This document shows positions 1-10,185 of a stretch of 64,000 bases of DNA, piece by piece. Within the stretch, counting starts at the first letter, position 1; the number at the start of each line of letters is the position of its first letter. This stretch comes from Candidatus Poribacteria bacterium. Its GTDB lineage: Bacteria > Poribacteria > WGA-4E > PCPOR2b. Both the position numbers and the translations under genes were made by a program. The stretch is from positions 4,256,001 through 4,320,000 of the forward strand of contig OZ240245.1 in assembly GCA_965198175.1 (NCBI GenBank). Reading direction: 5' to 3'. The notes under the pieces were generated by a model. The model had not been told where the DNA came from and searched no databases. It worked only from the letters and a program-made list of their open reading frames with translations.

Positions 1-199
1 GTGCTAGTTCTGCATCACTGCCAGGTTCTTTGATACCTAGCATGCGCCCATTCTCATCCAGCGTGAATAGCACCTCAACCTGTATTTGCATCAGCTCCCT
101 ATCAGATACCATGCGCCCACCGATCTTGAATTCCAAGTAACCCGCTTCGAAATTCTCGTCAAATTCGGGGTCACCTGCTCTGCGGTTTTCGGTATACAT
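1..199 (-). CDS. Partial (5' end) probable GNAT-family acetyltransferase
   Basis: Manual translation gives MYTENRR...MVSDRELMQIQVEVLFTLDENGRMLGIKEPG, open off the window edge. It resembles the N-terminus of a GNAT acetyltransferase family. The true start may be the ATG at 112. Confidence 0.45.
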   Translation of the reverse strand, partial: MYTENRRAGDPEFDENFEAGYLEFKIGGRMVSDRELMQIQVEVLFTLDENGRMLGIKEPGSDAELA

Positions 200-364
200 T
201 ACGCTCTCTTCGGCGGAGGAGCGCGTACTTGAGTTGTTGGGTTTCACTGTCTGTCTCTACAAGACCGGGCGTTTAAAGGCACAACCGACATTGCTTGATA
301 CGGATTCGGTTTTGCTGTTCTACCCAACCTACAATGGTATCGTCAGAGAACGAATGTTTCGTGC

Positions 365-1807
365 TTAAGGTGCTTGATGAATGTAAATATCTGGCTCCTC
401 AGTTCGCCTGTCGCTCCAAATGATGAAAGCACCGCTTTGACCGTTGGGGCTGGCTTGCGGGGTGAATTGATCTCCATCAGCCGTGCAGATAGGAATGCCG
501 TTGAGCGCCCAGAGGGATTTACCGTTTGCGTTAATCCGCTGTGCGTAGATTGCATCCGCTGTGGCGTTGCCGTAATCCTCACGATAATCTAGCCAGTAGA
601 AAATCGCACCCTGCGATCCATCAGAAACGCACCCCGGGTTACGTTGTTCGCCTCCCGCTGCACACACAGGGATACCGTTCACCTCCCACATCATTTCGCC
701 ATCTGGGCTAACACGCTGCGCATAAATATCAGAAAAGATGTCGCGCTCATCCCACCAGACAACAATTAGCCCTCCCACGCCATCGCTTACACCCGTGGGC
801 TGCTGTTGATTTGACGGCTGATTGCAAATGCTGATCCCGTCCGTTTCCCAAAGTACGTTGCCATGTGCGTCAATTCGCTGGGCATAAAGATCTGCACTGA
901 TGGTAAACAGACTCGGCGCGTTCCGGTAGTCTGACCAAACACAAAAGGCGCCACCCGCAGCATCGGGAATAATGAACGGGGCACCCTGATTCCCTGGGGC
1001 AACACATAAGGGTAGCCCTTCATTTCCCCAAACGGTTTCGCCCTTTGCATTGAGACGTTGCGCGAAGACGTTCCAGTCAGGCGTAAGATTCCACCAAGCA
1101 AGGATTGCACCCCCGCTACCATCTGTCGCTAAAACGCAATCATATTGATGACCCTCGCCCCGATTAACGGGAACGCCGTTCTGCGCCCACACGGATTTTC
1201 CATTCCCATCAATACATTGTGCATAAATATCCTGATTTCCATGACGCCAATCCTCCCATACGATAATTGCACCTCCGTCGCCGTTAGGAATTGCTTCGAC
1301 ATCATCCTGAAACGCGGGTTCTATACAAACCGGAACACCGCCTTTATCCCAAAGCAACTGCCCATCCGCATTAATCCGTTGGGCGAAAACGTCCTGGTTG
1401 CCGTGGCGTGAATCCCTGAAGATAGTAATTGCTCCACCGGTTTCGTCGGTAATGACAATGGGCCAGCTTTGGTGACTCGGCAGGTCACAAATCGGGATGC
1501 CGTTCTCCTTCCAAAGCATTTCGCCCTCGGTGCTGACACGTTGGGCGAACACATCTTGATTCCCGTGTCTCGTATCCTGCCAAACGACGATGACGCCACC
1601 TTTTCCATCGGAGGTAAGATTGGGAAAGTGTTGATCGTTTTTCGCCGTACAGACCGGTGTATTTTGATTCAGATCTTTAATCCACGCTGCTGAGGCGTTC
1701 TGTCCTCCCATCCCCGAAATGACAAATGTACCAACGAGCGAGTGGCAAAAGGTTCTAAGCGCTAAGCGGATGCAGAACTGACGAAATCGGTAATTCATGC
1801 TTTGCAC
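365..1807 (-). CDS. Secreted beta-propeller repeat protein (8 repeats of about 54 aa)
   Basis: Signal-peptide-like N-terminus ending ASA; repeats of Q..P....DGxGGAIxxWxDxR..N.DIYAQRxxxxG..LW..NG.P.C; GGAGG Shine-Dalgarno (SD). Confidence 0.8.
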   Translation of the reverse strand: MQSMNYRFRQFCIRLALRTFCHSLVGTFVISGMGGQNASAAWIKDLNQNTPVCTAKNDQHFPNLTSDGKGGVIVVWQDTRHGNQDVFAQRVSTEGEMLWKENGIPICDLPSHQSWPIVITDETGGAITIFRDSRHGNQDVFAQRINADGQLLWDKGGVPVCIEPAFQDDVEAIPNGDGGAIIVWEDWRHGNQDIYAQCIDGNGKSVWAQNGVPVNRGEGHQYDCVLATDGSGGAILAWWNLTPDWNVFAQRLNAKGETVWGNEGLPLCVAPGNQGAPFIIPDAAGGAFCVWSDYRNAPSLFTISADLYAQRIDAHGNVLWETDGISICNQPSNQQQPTGVSDGVGGLIVVWWDERDIFSDIYAQRVSPDGEMMWEVNGIPVCAAGGEQRNPGCVSDGSQGAIFYWLDYREDYGNATADAIYAQRINANGKSLWALNGIPICTADGDQFTPQASPNGQSGAFIIWSDRRTEEPDIYIHQAP

Positions 1808-1968
1808 CTCCGATAGTATTTTTCTGATTCAGTCGTTTCATGTAACAGGGAATTCGTAATGAAATCAGGCAATCCGATATTAATTTTACGAAGTCGGGTA
1901 AATGCTCCGCTTACGCGCGCCCAAACAGAAAAGGGCAGTCGGCATAGACATATGCAAATGGGCGAATC

Positions 1969-2604
1969 CTAAAGTTCCTGCAGAAATGGATTCCAGCGCT
2001 TCTCCGCACCCAAGGTGGAGCTTGACCCATGACCTGGGTGGATTACCATCTCATCATTGAGCGGCAACAATTTTTCTTGGATGGAATGGATCAATTGGGA
2101 ATAGGAACCACCCCACAAATCCGTGCGTCCGATACTGCCTTGAAAGAGCGCGTCGCCTGTGAATAACAGTTTTTCCGTCCCCTCCAATTTTAAAGAGATG
2201 CCGCCCGGACTGTGGCCAGGGGTTTCTATTACGGATAAGGTATGCCCTGCGAAGCATATCTTTTCCCCTTCTCGGATGTATCGACTCACATCGGGAGCGG
2301 CTGGTGCAGGAAGCCCAAACAGCGAAGCTTGTGCCGGTAGATTATCTAGGAGAGGTTGCTCCGCTTCGTGGATAAGCACCTCGGCACCCGTCTCAACCTG
2401 AATGACGGACGTGGCAGAGATATGATCTAGATGAGCATGTGTGTGGATGGCATATTTCAGCGCTAGGGTGTGCTGATTCACAACCTCCAAGATGCGCTCT
2501 GCTTCATCTCCTGGGTCTATGACAACACCCTCCCGTGTTTTTTCGCAGCCAAGTATCCAGCAGTTAGACTCAAAAAGACTAACAACTAGCTGTTCTACTA
2601 TCAT
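1969..2604 (-). CDS. MBL-fold metallo-hydrolase (glyoxalase II/YcbL-like)
   Basis: HTHAHLDH, TPGHSPG, FTGDALF, GRTDL and PGHG motifs. Confidence 0.92.
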   Translation of the reverse strand: MIVEQLVVSLFESNCWILGCEKTREGVVIDPGDEAERILEVVNQHTLALKYAIHTHAHLDHISATSVIQVETGAEVLIHEAEQPLLDNLPAQASLFGLPAPAAPDVSRYIREGEKICFAGHTLSVIETPGHSPGGISLKLEGTEKLLFTGDALFQGSIGRTDLWGGSYSQLIHSIQEKLLPLNDEMVIHPGHGSSSTLGAEKRWNPFLQEL

Positions 2605-2759
2605 TGCCGGTCTTGTTAGGTATTTATTATAAGGGTTAGTCGGTGTGTGTGAAACGTGGTTTTCTCACACACCTGATAAGCGAGAAATTATGGTGGGATG
2701 AGGTTTATCTTTACCCTGTGGAACAAAACTCAGCCTAAGAAACTTAACTGAAAAGAGGA

Positions 2760-3761
2760 TTACCACTGAAACGTATGCGGACCAAAATCCGCCTCATAGT
2801 AGGAGGCGATGCACCGGCTGGGCGGACTAACTTCATCGAGTCTTGCCCTATCCTCATCAATCACCCGCACGTGCATTGCACCTAAGTTGTCTTCTAGCTG
2901 TGTCATTGTTCGTGGACCAATGATTGGACTAGTGACGCCAGGCTGTTGAGCACACCATGCCAGGGCAAGCTGACTCGGTGTACAAGGCTTCTCCTTGGCA
3001 ATCTCTGACACAACATCTAGGACATCGAACGCAGCGTCTGAAAAGAGGTCATGATCTTCGTTTTCCGGCTGGAAACGGGCGCTTGCAGGACGCGATCCAT
3101 CACGGTGGTACTTGCCGGTTAAGAATCCACCAGCCAGCGGGGACCACGGAATCAACGCAAGCCCATACGTCTGTGCCATTGGCACCAACTCAAGTTCAAT
3201 GCGTCGATCTAATAGATGATAAGGCGGCTGCTCACAAACAAAGCGATTGAGTCCCAACGCTTTCGAAATCCACAGTGACTCCATAATTTGCCAAGCCCCA
3301 AACGTACTGGTACCGATGTAGCGAACCTTGCCAGCATGGATGAGGTCATCCAGGGCGCCGAGTGTTTCGTCAATCGGCAGGTCGGAAGTGGGACGGTGGA
3401 TCTGGTAAAGGTCAATGTAATCCGTCTGCAAACGTCTTAGTGATGCCTCACACTGCTCAATGATATGGCGACGGTGATTCCCCGCTGCATTGGGGTCGGT
3501 ATCGTCCATGCGACTGTGTACTTTGGTTGCCAGCACGATGTGTGAGCGTTTACCGTTACGCCGGAGCGCTTTACCGATGACTTCCTCGCTCCGACCACGA
3601 TTGTAGACATTCGCTGTATCCAGGAAATTAATCCCTGCGTCGATCCCCCGATCAATGATGTCCATTGAGTCGGATTCGCTCGTTCGATCTCCAAATGTCA
3701 CGCTTCCAAGACACAAGGTGCTTACCTGTGTGCCTGTACGTCCAAGGCTGCGATACTCCAT
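2760..3761 (-). CDS. Aldo/keto reductase (tandem copy 2)
   Basis: MEYRSLGRTG start at 3761; DTANVY, LATK, DYIDLYQIH, PWSPLAGGFLTGKY, PIIGPR. Confidence 0.93.
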   Translation of the reverse strand: MEYRSLGRTGTQVSTLCLGSVTFGDRTSESDSMDIIDRGIDAGINFLDTANVYNRGRSEEVIGKALRRNGKRSHIVLATKVHSRMDDTDPNAAGNHRRHIIEQCEASLRRLQTDYIDLYQIHRPTSDLPIDETLGALDDLIHAGKVRYIGTSTFGAWQIMESLWISKALGLNRFVCEQPPYHLLDRRIELELVPMAQTYGLALIPWSPLAGGFLTGKYHRDGSRPASARFQPENEDHDLFSDAAFDVLDVVSEIAKEKPCTPSQLALAWCAQQPGVTSPIIGPRTMTQLEDNLGAMHVRVIDEDRARLDEVSPPSRCIASYYEADFGPHTFQW

Positions 3762-3805
3762 TTGTAAGTTCCTCGCTTTCTCTATCTTTCCACGGTTCCT
3801 TCCAA

Positions 3806-4825
3806 TCACCGAAACGTGTGCGGGCCAAAGCCAGACTGATGGTACTCGTAGGAAATTGGCGTTCGATAGGAGATTGCCCGACCAGGGGGCGCAACCCGAT
3901 CGAGCCGCGCCCGATCTGCGTCAGTCACCGACACGGAGACCGCTCCCAGATTGTCCTCCAGTTGTTCCATTGATCGGGGACCAATAATCGGGCTGGTAAC
4001 CCCTGGCTGTTGGGCGCACCACGCGAGCGCAAGCTGACTGGGCGTACACCCTTTCTCCGCTGCTATTGCTGTGACGACATCTAATACGTTAAACACAGCT
4101 TCCGAAGCCAACTGTGCATAATAGCTGTCATCTTGGTACCTTGAGTTTGCCGGAGGTGGCTCGCCGCGCCGGTACTTTCCCGTTAGAAATCCACCAGCTA
4201 GTGGCGCCCAGGGAATCATTGCCAGCCCATACGTCTGAGCCATTGGCACCAATTCCCGCTCGATGCTCCGATCCAACAGATGATACGGCGGCTGTTCACA
4301 GATGAAGCGATTAAGTCTTAGTTCTTTTGAAACCCACAACGATTCAACCACCTGCCAAGCGGCAAAGGTGCTACAGCCGATGTAACGCACCTTACCAGCC
4401 CGAATCAAATCGTCCAACGCGCGAAGCGTTTCATCAATAGGGATATCTGGACAAGGACGATGGATCTGGTAGAGGTCAATGTAGTCAGTTTGTAAGCGTC
4501 GCAGCGACGCCTCACACTGCTCAATGACGTGCCGACGGCTATTGCCACGTGCATTTGGATCTTCGTCGTCCATAGGGAAGTGGACCTTGGTCGCGAGCAC
4601 GATTCGTGAACGTTTGCCGTTTCGCTTCAATGCCGTCCCGACCATTTCCTCACTGACGCCACGGCTGTACATATTGGCTGTGTCGAGGAAGTTAATCCCG
4701 GCGCCAATTGCGCGATTTACCATGTCCATCGCTTCGGGCTCTTCGGTTCGACGGCCAAACATCAAACAGCCTAAGCATAACATGCTCACTTTTGTTCCCG
4801 TTCTTCCGAGACTGCGATACTCCAT
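3806..4825 (-). CDS. Aldo/keto reductase (tandem copy 1)
   Basis: Same AKR motifs (DTANMY, LATK, DLYQIH); AAGGAG SD. Confidence 0.93.
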   Translation of the reverse strand: MEYRSLGRTGTKVSMLCLGCLMFGRRTEEPEAMDMVNRAIGAGINFLDTANMYSRGVSEEMVGTALKRNGKRSRIVLATKVHFPMDDEDPNARGNSRRHVIEQCEASLRRLQTDYIDLYQIHRPCPDIPIDETLRALDDLIRAGKVRYIGCSTFAAWQVVESLWVSKELRLNRFICEQPPYHLLDRSIERELVPMAQTYGLAMIPWAPLAGGFLTGKYRRGEPPPANSRYQDDSYYAQLASEAVFNVLDVVTAIAAEKGCTPSQLALAWCAQQPGVTSPIIGPRSMEQLEDNLGAVSVSVTDADRARLDRVAPPGRAISYRTPISYEYHQSGFGPHTFR

Positions 4826-5159
4826 TCGTAACTCCTTCTCTTTTCAGTGCTCCTATTTACGATAATGTCGTCAAGTAAGTCGGTTTGAACTTTAGGGAAC
4901 ATTATACCACAAGGGAAGAGTGGAAACAAGAAGACTAGCGTTGGACGGGAAGGAGAAACGGGAGCGCTTAAGTTTGCCTCCCTGCATTTTCCACATCTAC
5001 TTTCACGTTTTCAAAGGATGGAAACGAAATCACTTGAGGACTGACCGAAAGATCTACTGCCGTTCATGGATCAATCAGGGGGCGGGAGTTGTTCTCTTGC
5101 CGTGGATCGCCGAGCTACGGGACTTTGAGTGTCAAACTACGTAAGTCCTAATTTTCTTA

Positions 5160-5188
5160 TTGACGGCTTCCCATGTCTGTGATATAGT
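5160..5188 (+). promoter_or_regulatory. sigma70-type promoter of the glpK-HK-RR operon
   Basis: TTGACG-N17-TATAGT. Confidence 0.65.
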
Positions 5189-5378
5189 GTTATTATATTG
5201 GCGATTGATCCTTGTCCCCCCGATGCGGTGCGAGCGGGGTAAATTTGTCCTCAGCTGGGTTGGGGAACAAGGAATTGGCTCATTCCCCTCCTCCATTTGC
5301 ACTGTTCCTCCAAAATCTGCCCAAAGAGACCTCGCAAGTATTAAGAGAAGATCCAACCAATTCCGTGGAGCCGATAGC

Positions 5379-6866
5379 ATGGCAAGGCGCTCTTATATTC
5401 TCTCAATCGATCAAGGCACAACGGGTTCGACAGTGTTACTTATCAATACATGTGGAGAAATTGTGGCGCGCAGTTATTGCGAATTTACCCAGCGATATCC
5501 CCGCCCCGGCTGGGTCGAACACGATGCCACGGAAATTTGGGAAGTGACTCATAAAGTCATAGCTGATCTAGTAAACGCCCACGGGGTTGCGCAGCAAATT
5601 GCGGCAATTGGTTTAGCGAATCAGCGTGAGACCACGGTAGTGTGGGAACGCAGTACGGGAAAACCAATCCACCCTGCGATCGTTTGGCAGTGTCGCCGCA
5701 CATCTGCGGTCTGCACGGATTTAAAGGCGCAAGGAATTGACGAGTCGGTACGTGCGAAAACCGGATTGGTGCTTGACCCATATTTTTCGGCGACGAAGAT
5801 CGCGTGGATTTTGGATAGCGTTAATGGCGCTCGCGATCGGGCTGAACAAGGTGAACTCGCTTTCGGTACAATTGATGCATGGCTGCTGTGGAATCTGACT
5901 GCGGGAGACATTCATGCAACAGACTACACGAACGCCTCCCGCACGATGTTGTTCAACATCGACACACTCACATGGGACGATGAGTTGTTAACTGTATTTC
6001 GCGTACCAGAGTGCGTCTTACCCAAAGTGCAGCCCTCTGCGAGTGTTTTTGGTAAAACGAAAAATATCGACCCTTTACCGAGTGGCATCCCGATTTCCGG
6101 AATTGTTGGAGATCAGCAAGCAGCCCTATTTGGGCAACTCTGCACGCAGCCTCAAATGGCGAAAAACACTTACGGCACCGGCTGTTTCTTAATGCTTAAC
6201 ACCGGCGAGAGACGTGTCTATTCAAAGTCGGGATTGTTGACGACCTTGGCGTGCGGTATTGATGAAAAACCGGTTTATGCGCTTGAAGGCAGCGTGTTTA
6301 GCGCCGGAGCCGCCGTCCAGTGGCTTAGGGATGGTCTGCAAATCATCAAATCCGCCTCAGAAACTGAAGCAATTGCCGCCAGTGTTGCGGATTCAGGCGG
6401 TGTTTTCGTCGTCCCCGCCTTTACCGGACTTGGCGCACCGTACTGGGACGCGAACGCACAGGGGGCGATTCTCGGTTTGACACGCGGCACGACCCGTGCC
6501 CACATCGTCAGGGCGACATTAGAAGCAATTGCGTTTCAAACAGCTGATGTTGTCACAGCGATGATTGCCGACGCAGGAATTGAATTGGACCGACTGCGCG
6601 TCGACGGTGGAGCCGTTGTAAACAACTTCCTGATGCAGATTCAGGCAGACGTATTGGGAATTGATGTCGAGCGTCCAACCCAAACTGAAACAACAGGACT
6701 TGGGGCTGGTTACTGCGCAGGGCTTACCGTCGGCGTATGGCAAAGTGTTAAGAACTTGGAATCGCACCGCAAAATCGACACAGTGTTTTCCCCTCAAATC
6801 CTCGCCAGTCAAAGATTGGAAAAGCTGAAAGGCTGGAGGACTGCCGTAAGAAAGGTGATGAGTTAG
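5379..6866 (+). CDS. glpK: Glycerol kinase
   Basis: IDQGTT, NQRETT, AIVWQCRRT, TDYTNASRT, GDQQAAL, KNTYGTGCF, PAFTGLGAPYW, DGG. ATG 5379 follows a GGAG SD. Confidence 0.95.
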   Translation: MARRSYILSIDQGTTGSTVLLINTCGEIVARSYCEFTQRYPRPGWVEHDATEIWEVTHKVIADLVNAHGVAQQIAAIGLANQRETTVVWERSTGKPIHPAIVWQCRRTSAVCTDLKAQGIDESVRAKTGLVLDPYFSATKIAWILDSVNGARDRAEQGELAFGTIDAWLLWNLTAGDIHATDYTNASRTMLFNIDTLTWDDELLTVFRVPECVLPKVQPSASVFGKTKNIDPLPSGIPISGIVGDQQAALFGQLCTQPQMAKNTYGTGCFLMLNTGERRVYSKSGLLTTLACGIDEKPVYALEGSVFSAGAAVQWLRDGLQIIKSASETEAIAASVADSGGVFVVPAFTGLGAPYWDANAQGAILGLTRGTTRAHIVRATLEAIAFQTADVVTAMIADAGIELDRLRVDGGAVVNNFLMQIQADVLGIDVERPTQTETTGLGAGYCAGLTVGVWQSVKNLESHRKIDTVFSPQILASQRLEKLKGWRTAVRKVMS

Positions 6867-6867
6867 C

Positions 6868-8604
6868 ATGCGTTTGCAGTGGAAGTATGCACTGATTGTC
6901 AACCTCTCTGTCTTGGCAATTTTAGTAACTTTTTACTGGTACGATGATATAAATGCGCGAAGGGAGTTAAATGCGCTGCACGCTGGGGGGGTAAAAAGAG
7001 GGGCGAAATTTAAAGAAATCGCGGAGAAAACAGTACGTCCTCGTATCGAAGCTGAAATTGAACGGTGGCAAGAATTTAAGCCAAAGGAAATCGAATACGC
7101 GCTTCGGACGTTGGACCAGCGGCACATGGATGACATTTTAGATATTCACGTCACAGTCGGCGATTCTCGGATTCAGGCAAGCCGCGATGAAAGTATGAAC
7201 ATCGAACGTCATATTAACTTGAACACACAAGACCGTCTTGCAATCGAACAGGACGGTGTAACAGTGTATGATACACCTCCGATCGGCGGCAACAAATATG
7301 CGACAGCTGTAATCATTCCCTACGAGGTAGAGCTTTATGCCCAACCAGATTTGTCACAGCCAGCTCGTGTTGGATTGCGCCACCAAACCGATTTGGACAA
7401 CGAGAACATTTCAGAATCGCTAAGACAAGAGCTTAACAACGAAGGGCTTGTACTATCCCAGCATGTTAATGTGGCAAGTACGGAGAAGGGAGAACGTTGG
7501 CTAATCACTGACAGGGTTAACGACCAGAGATATATCGTATGGAAAGATGAAGATCAGCTCAGTTTCCACACAGACAAAGTCATTCAGTCAGAACCGATAA
7601 AAGGATATATCCAGATCCTTTTTGAGGTGCCCGACATTGCCAGATTAATCAATAAATCGCGTCAGATGCATCTCTTATCGGTCATTATCGTTAGTGTATT
7701 ACTTGTAATCATTATTGACATGACAACAACTCGTCTTATCGTCCGCCCACTTGAACGTATGATGGAGATCATAAAACGTGCAGAAGCCGGGAATTTGGAA
7801 TCCCTACCGGAATCATACTCATCGGGTGAAATCAGTCGCATTACCGCTACCCTCGTGCGAATGCTACGGCAACTACAACAGACACAATCGAAGCGAATCG
7901 CGGCGCTGGGCCAGCTTGCGGCGGGAGTTGCTCACGAAATCCGGAATCCGCTCAATACTATCGGGATGACCGCTCAACACTTGAAGGAACTCTTCTCGCA
8001 AAAGGAGATTAAATCGCAAGACATTGAGGAAACGAGAGAGTTTTTGAATATCGTCGATTATGAAATCGAACAGTTGAGGCACATCTCCGAGCAGTTCTTG
8101 ACACTGAACCGTCCCAAGCAACTTAATCTTGAGCCAACTCACCTCAATGAACTTCTGGATCGGGTGCTGGCAGAATTTACACTTACGATGGAGAATGCCA
8201 ATGTTCAAGTTGTCAGAAATTATGAAAACCTCCCCCATCTTAAACTCGATGCAGGGCTGATTCGGCAAGCAACTTTTAATTTTGTTCGGAATAGTATTCA
8301 AGCCATGCCTAAAGGTGGCAGCATTTACATCACGACGGAACTAGAGAAGACAATCGGCGACGCAAGACAGGTCGCACTGGAGATTCGTGACACAGGCATT
8401 GGCATTCCGGATGAGATTCAAGAACGCATCTTCGACGCCTATTTTACAACGAAAGAAAAAGAAGGTGGCATGGGGCTGGGTCTTGCAATTTCACATCAGA
8501 TCATTAAGGCGCATCAAGGAGAGGTTGAATTCAAGAGTCAGGTTGGTATGGGGACTGCATTCAAGATTACTTTTCCTCTGGCCACGGATGATGTCGGAGA
8601 TTGA
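6868..8604 (+). CDS. Membrane sensor histidine kinase (2 TM, HAMP, HisKA, HATPase)
   Basis: LAAGVAHEIRNPL H-box, NSIQAM, DTGIGI, FTTK, GMGLGL. Confidence 0.93.
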   Translation: MRLQWKYALIVNLSVLAILVTFYWYDDINARRELNALHAGGVKRGAKFKEIAEKTVRPRIEAEIERWQEFKPKEIEYALRTLDQRHMDDILDIHVTVGDSRIQASRDESMNIERHINLNTQDRLAIEQDGVTVYDTPPIGGNKYATAVIIPYEVELYAQPDLSQPARVGLRHQTDLDNENISESLRQELNNEGLVLSQHVNVASTEKGERWLITDRVNDQRYIVWKDEDQLSFHTDKVIQSEPIKGYIQILFEVPDIARLINKSRQMHLLSVIIVSVLLVIIIDMTTTRLIVRPLERMMEIIKRAEAGNLESLPESYSSGEISRITATLVRMLRQLQQTQSKRIAALGQLAAGVAHEIRNPLNTIGMTAQHLKELFSQKEIKSQDIEETREFLNIVDYEIEQLRHISEQFLTLNRPKQLNLEPTHLNELLDRVLAEFTLTMENANVQVVRNYENLPHLKLDAGLIRQATFNFVRNSIQAMPKGGSIYITTELEKTIGDARQVALEIRDTGIGIPDEIQERIFDAYFTTKEKEGGMGLGLAISHQIIKAHQGEVEFKSQVGMGTAFKITFPLATDDVGD

Positions 8605-8628
8605 CAATTCGATATGGGGGGAGTCTAT

Positions 8629-10026
8629 ATGCCATCAATACTAGTTGTTGAGGATGAAACGGGACAGCGAACGGTTTTACGGCGCATATTGGAACGAGAG
8701 GGCTATGAGGTGGCGTTAGCTGAGAACGGTCTTATAGCGCTTGAGAAGATTGAAGAGACGATGTTTGATCTTGTCATCAGTGACATGCGAATGCCCGAAA
8801 TGACAGGACGTGACCTGCTGCGTGAAATTAAGCAGAGGGATCCAGATCTACCGGTGCTCATCGTGACAGCTTTCGCCGAGTTAAAGGATGCTGTCGATTT
8901 GGTAGCACGTGAAGGCGCGTTCTATTATCTTCAAAAACCTATCAATAACGATGTACTCAAAGCACAGATTAAACGCGCGTTAGAGGCGCGAGGTGCGCTT
9001 ACGGATGGTGAACCAAAGCAACTGGATCAGACTGCACCAGAGATTTACTTCGATCGTATTATCGGTCAGAGCGAGCGAATGTTTCAGTTGTTTAAATCCA
9101 TGTCCCGGATTATTCATCGAGGAGTGAATCAGGTTCTTATCACAGGGGAGACAGGCACCGGGAAAGATTTAGTTGCAAGAGGCATTCACGAAAAAGGCAA
9201 GCGCAAGGATCAACCATTCGTCGCGATCAACTGTAGCACGGTGCCCCACGAGTTGATTGAAAGCGAACTTTTTGGCCATGAGAAAGGCTCCTTTACAGGA
9301 GCGGACCGTCAGAAAAAAGGGTTGTTCGAAGTTGCTAATGGAGGCGTCATCTTCCTTGATGAAATTGGGGATATCTCTATGACCGCGCAGAGTAAGTTTC
9401 TGCGTGTTCTGCAGGACCGCGAAATCATGCGAGTTGGGGGCATAGAACCAATTAAAGTCGATGTATGTGTCATAGCCGCAACCAATAAAGATCTAAAAGC
9501 TGTGGTCGAAGCGGGCGCATTCCGTGAAGATCTCTATTTCCGATTAAACGTCATTCAGCTTCAGATTCCGTCGCTGCGTGAACGGAAGACCGACATCCCG
9601 ATTCTAATCGATTTCTTTCTCCAAAAATTCAGCGAAGAATATCCGGATGCTAAGCCGAAGCGTGTGACGCCAAGGGCGATGTCTGCGCTTCGCCGGTACG
9701 AATGGCCGGGGAATGTCCGACAGTTAGAAAATTGTCTGCTAAGGACGTTTGTGCTTCGCGAAGGGGATGTAATCAATATTGAGGATTTGCCTCTCGAAAT
9801 CTCGGATAGTTCGCTACCCCCATCCAATATACGCGTTGAAATCCAAGAGGACGGGATTTCGCTTGAGGAGATTGTGATGGAATACATTCGCGCTGCTCTA
9901 AGGCAAAGCCGCGGCAATGTAACCAAAGCCGCAGAACTATTGGGAATCTCCCGGCGCCAACTGCAAAATCGCATGCAGAACCACGGATTGAATAGCCAAG
10001 ACTTCAAGAATAAAAATCCGTCATGA
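8629..10026 (+). CDS. sigma54-dependent response regulator (NtrC/AtoC family)
   Basis: Receiver (VVEDE, SDMRMP), GETGTGKD, ESELFGHEKGSFTGA, FLDEIG, WPGNVRQL, Fis-type HTH. Confidence 0.95.
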   Translation: MPSILVVEDETGQRTVLRRILEREGYEVALAENGLIALEKIEETMFDLVISDMRMPEMTGRDLLREIKQRDPDLPVLIVTAFAELKDAVDLVAREGAFYYLQKPINNDVLKAQIKRALEARGALTDGEPKQLDQTAPEIYFDRIIGQSERMFQLFKSMSRIIHRGVNQVLITGETGTGKDLVARGIHEKGKRKDQPFVAINCSTVPHELIESELFGHEKGSFTGADRQKKGLFEVANGGVIFLDEIGDISMTAQSKFLRVLQDREIMRVGGIEPIKVDVCVIAATNKDLKAVVEAGAFREDLYFRLNVIQLQIPSLRERKTDIPILIDFFLQKFSEEYPDAKPKRVTPRAMSALRRYEWPGNVRQLENCLLRTFVLREGDVINIEDLPLEISDSSLPPSNIRVEIQEDGISLEEIVMEYIRAALRQSRGNVTKAAELLGISRRQLQNRMQNHGLNSQDFKNKNPS

Positions 10027-10185
10027 GCACTGTGGAAAGCAAGTAGGTCGAAGACGCCGTCAGATTGTTTTCTTTTTGCGATCGAAATTCATCGTAAATC
10101 TTAACTATAAATTACTGCTGCCATCAAGAAAATAACCGATTGCGCTTTCAAAACTTTAGCCCATTGTGAAAATGAGGAAGTTAAC

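Noticed and set aside
3800..3812. TGA-as-Trp recoding or readthrough fusing the two AKRs (TGA sits where the paralogue has TGG)
   Set aside because: Other genes use TGG for Trp and end normally at TGA; the two AKRs are not in the same frame.
5195..5290. SRP or 6S RNA
   Set aside because: Lacks the SRP domain IV GGAA/AGCAG motif and a convincing 6S bubble architecture.
5160..5378. N-terminal extension of GlpK (and similar extensions at 50424, 55051, 47661, 35876)
   Set aside because: These extensions run through promoters, repeats or upstream genes; downstream starts with SD or homologous N-termini fit better.
10027..10185. sigma54 promoter for the ADH gene next to the NtrC-type regulator
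   Set aside because: No TGGCAC-N5-TTGC match seen.
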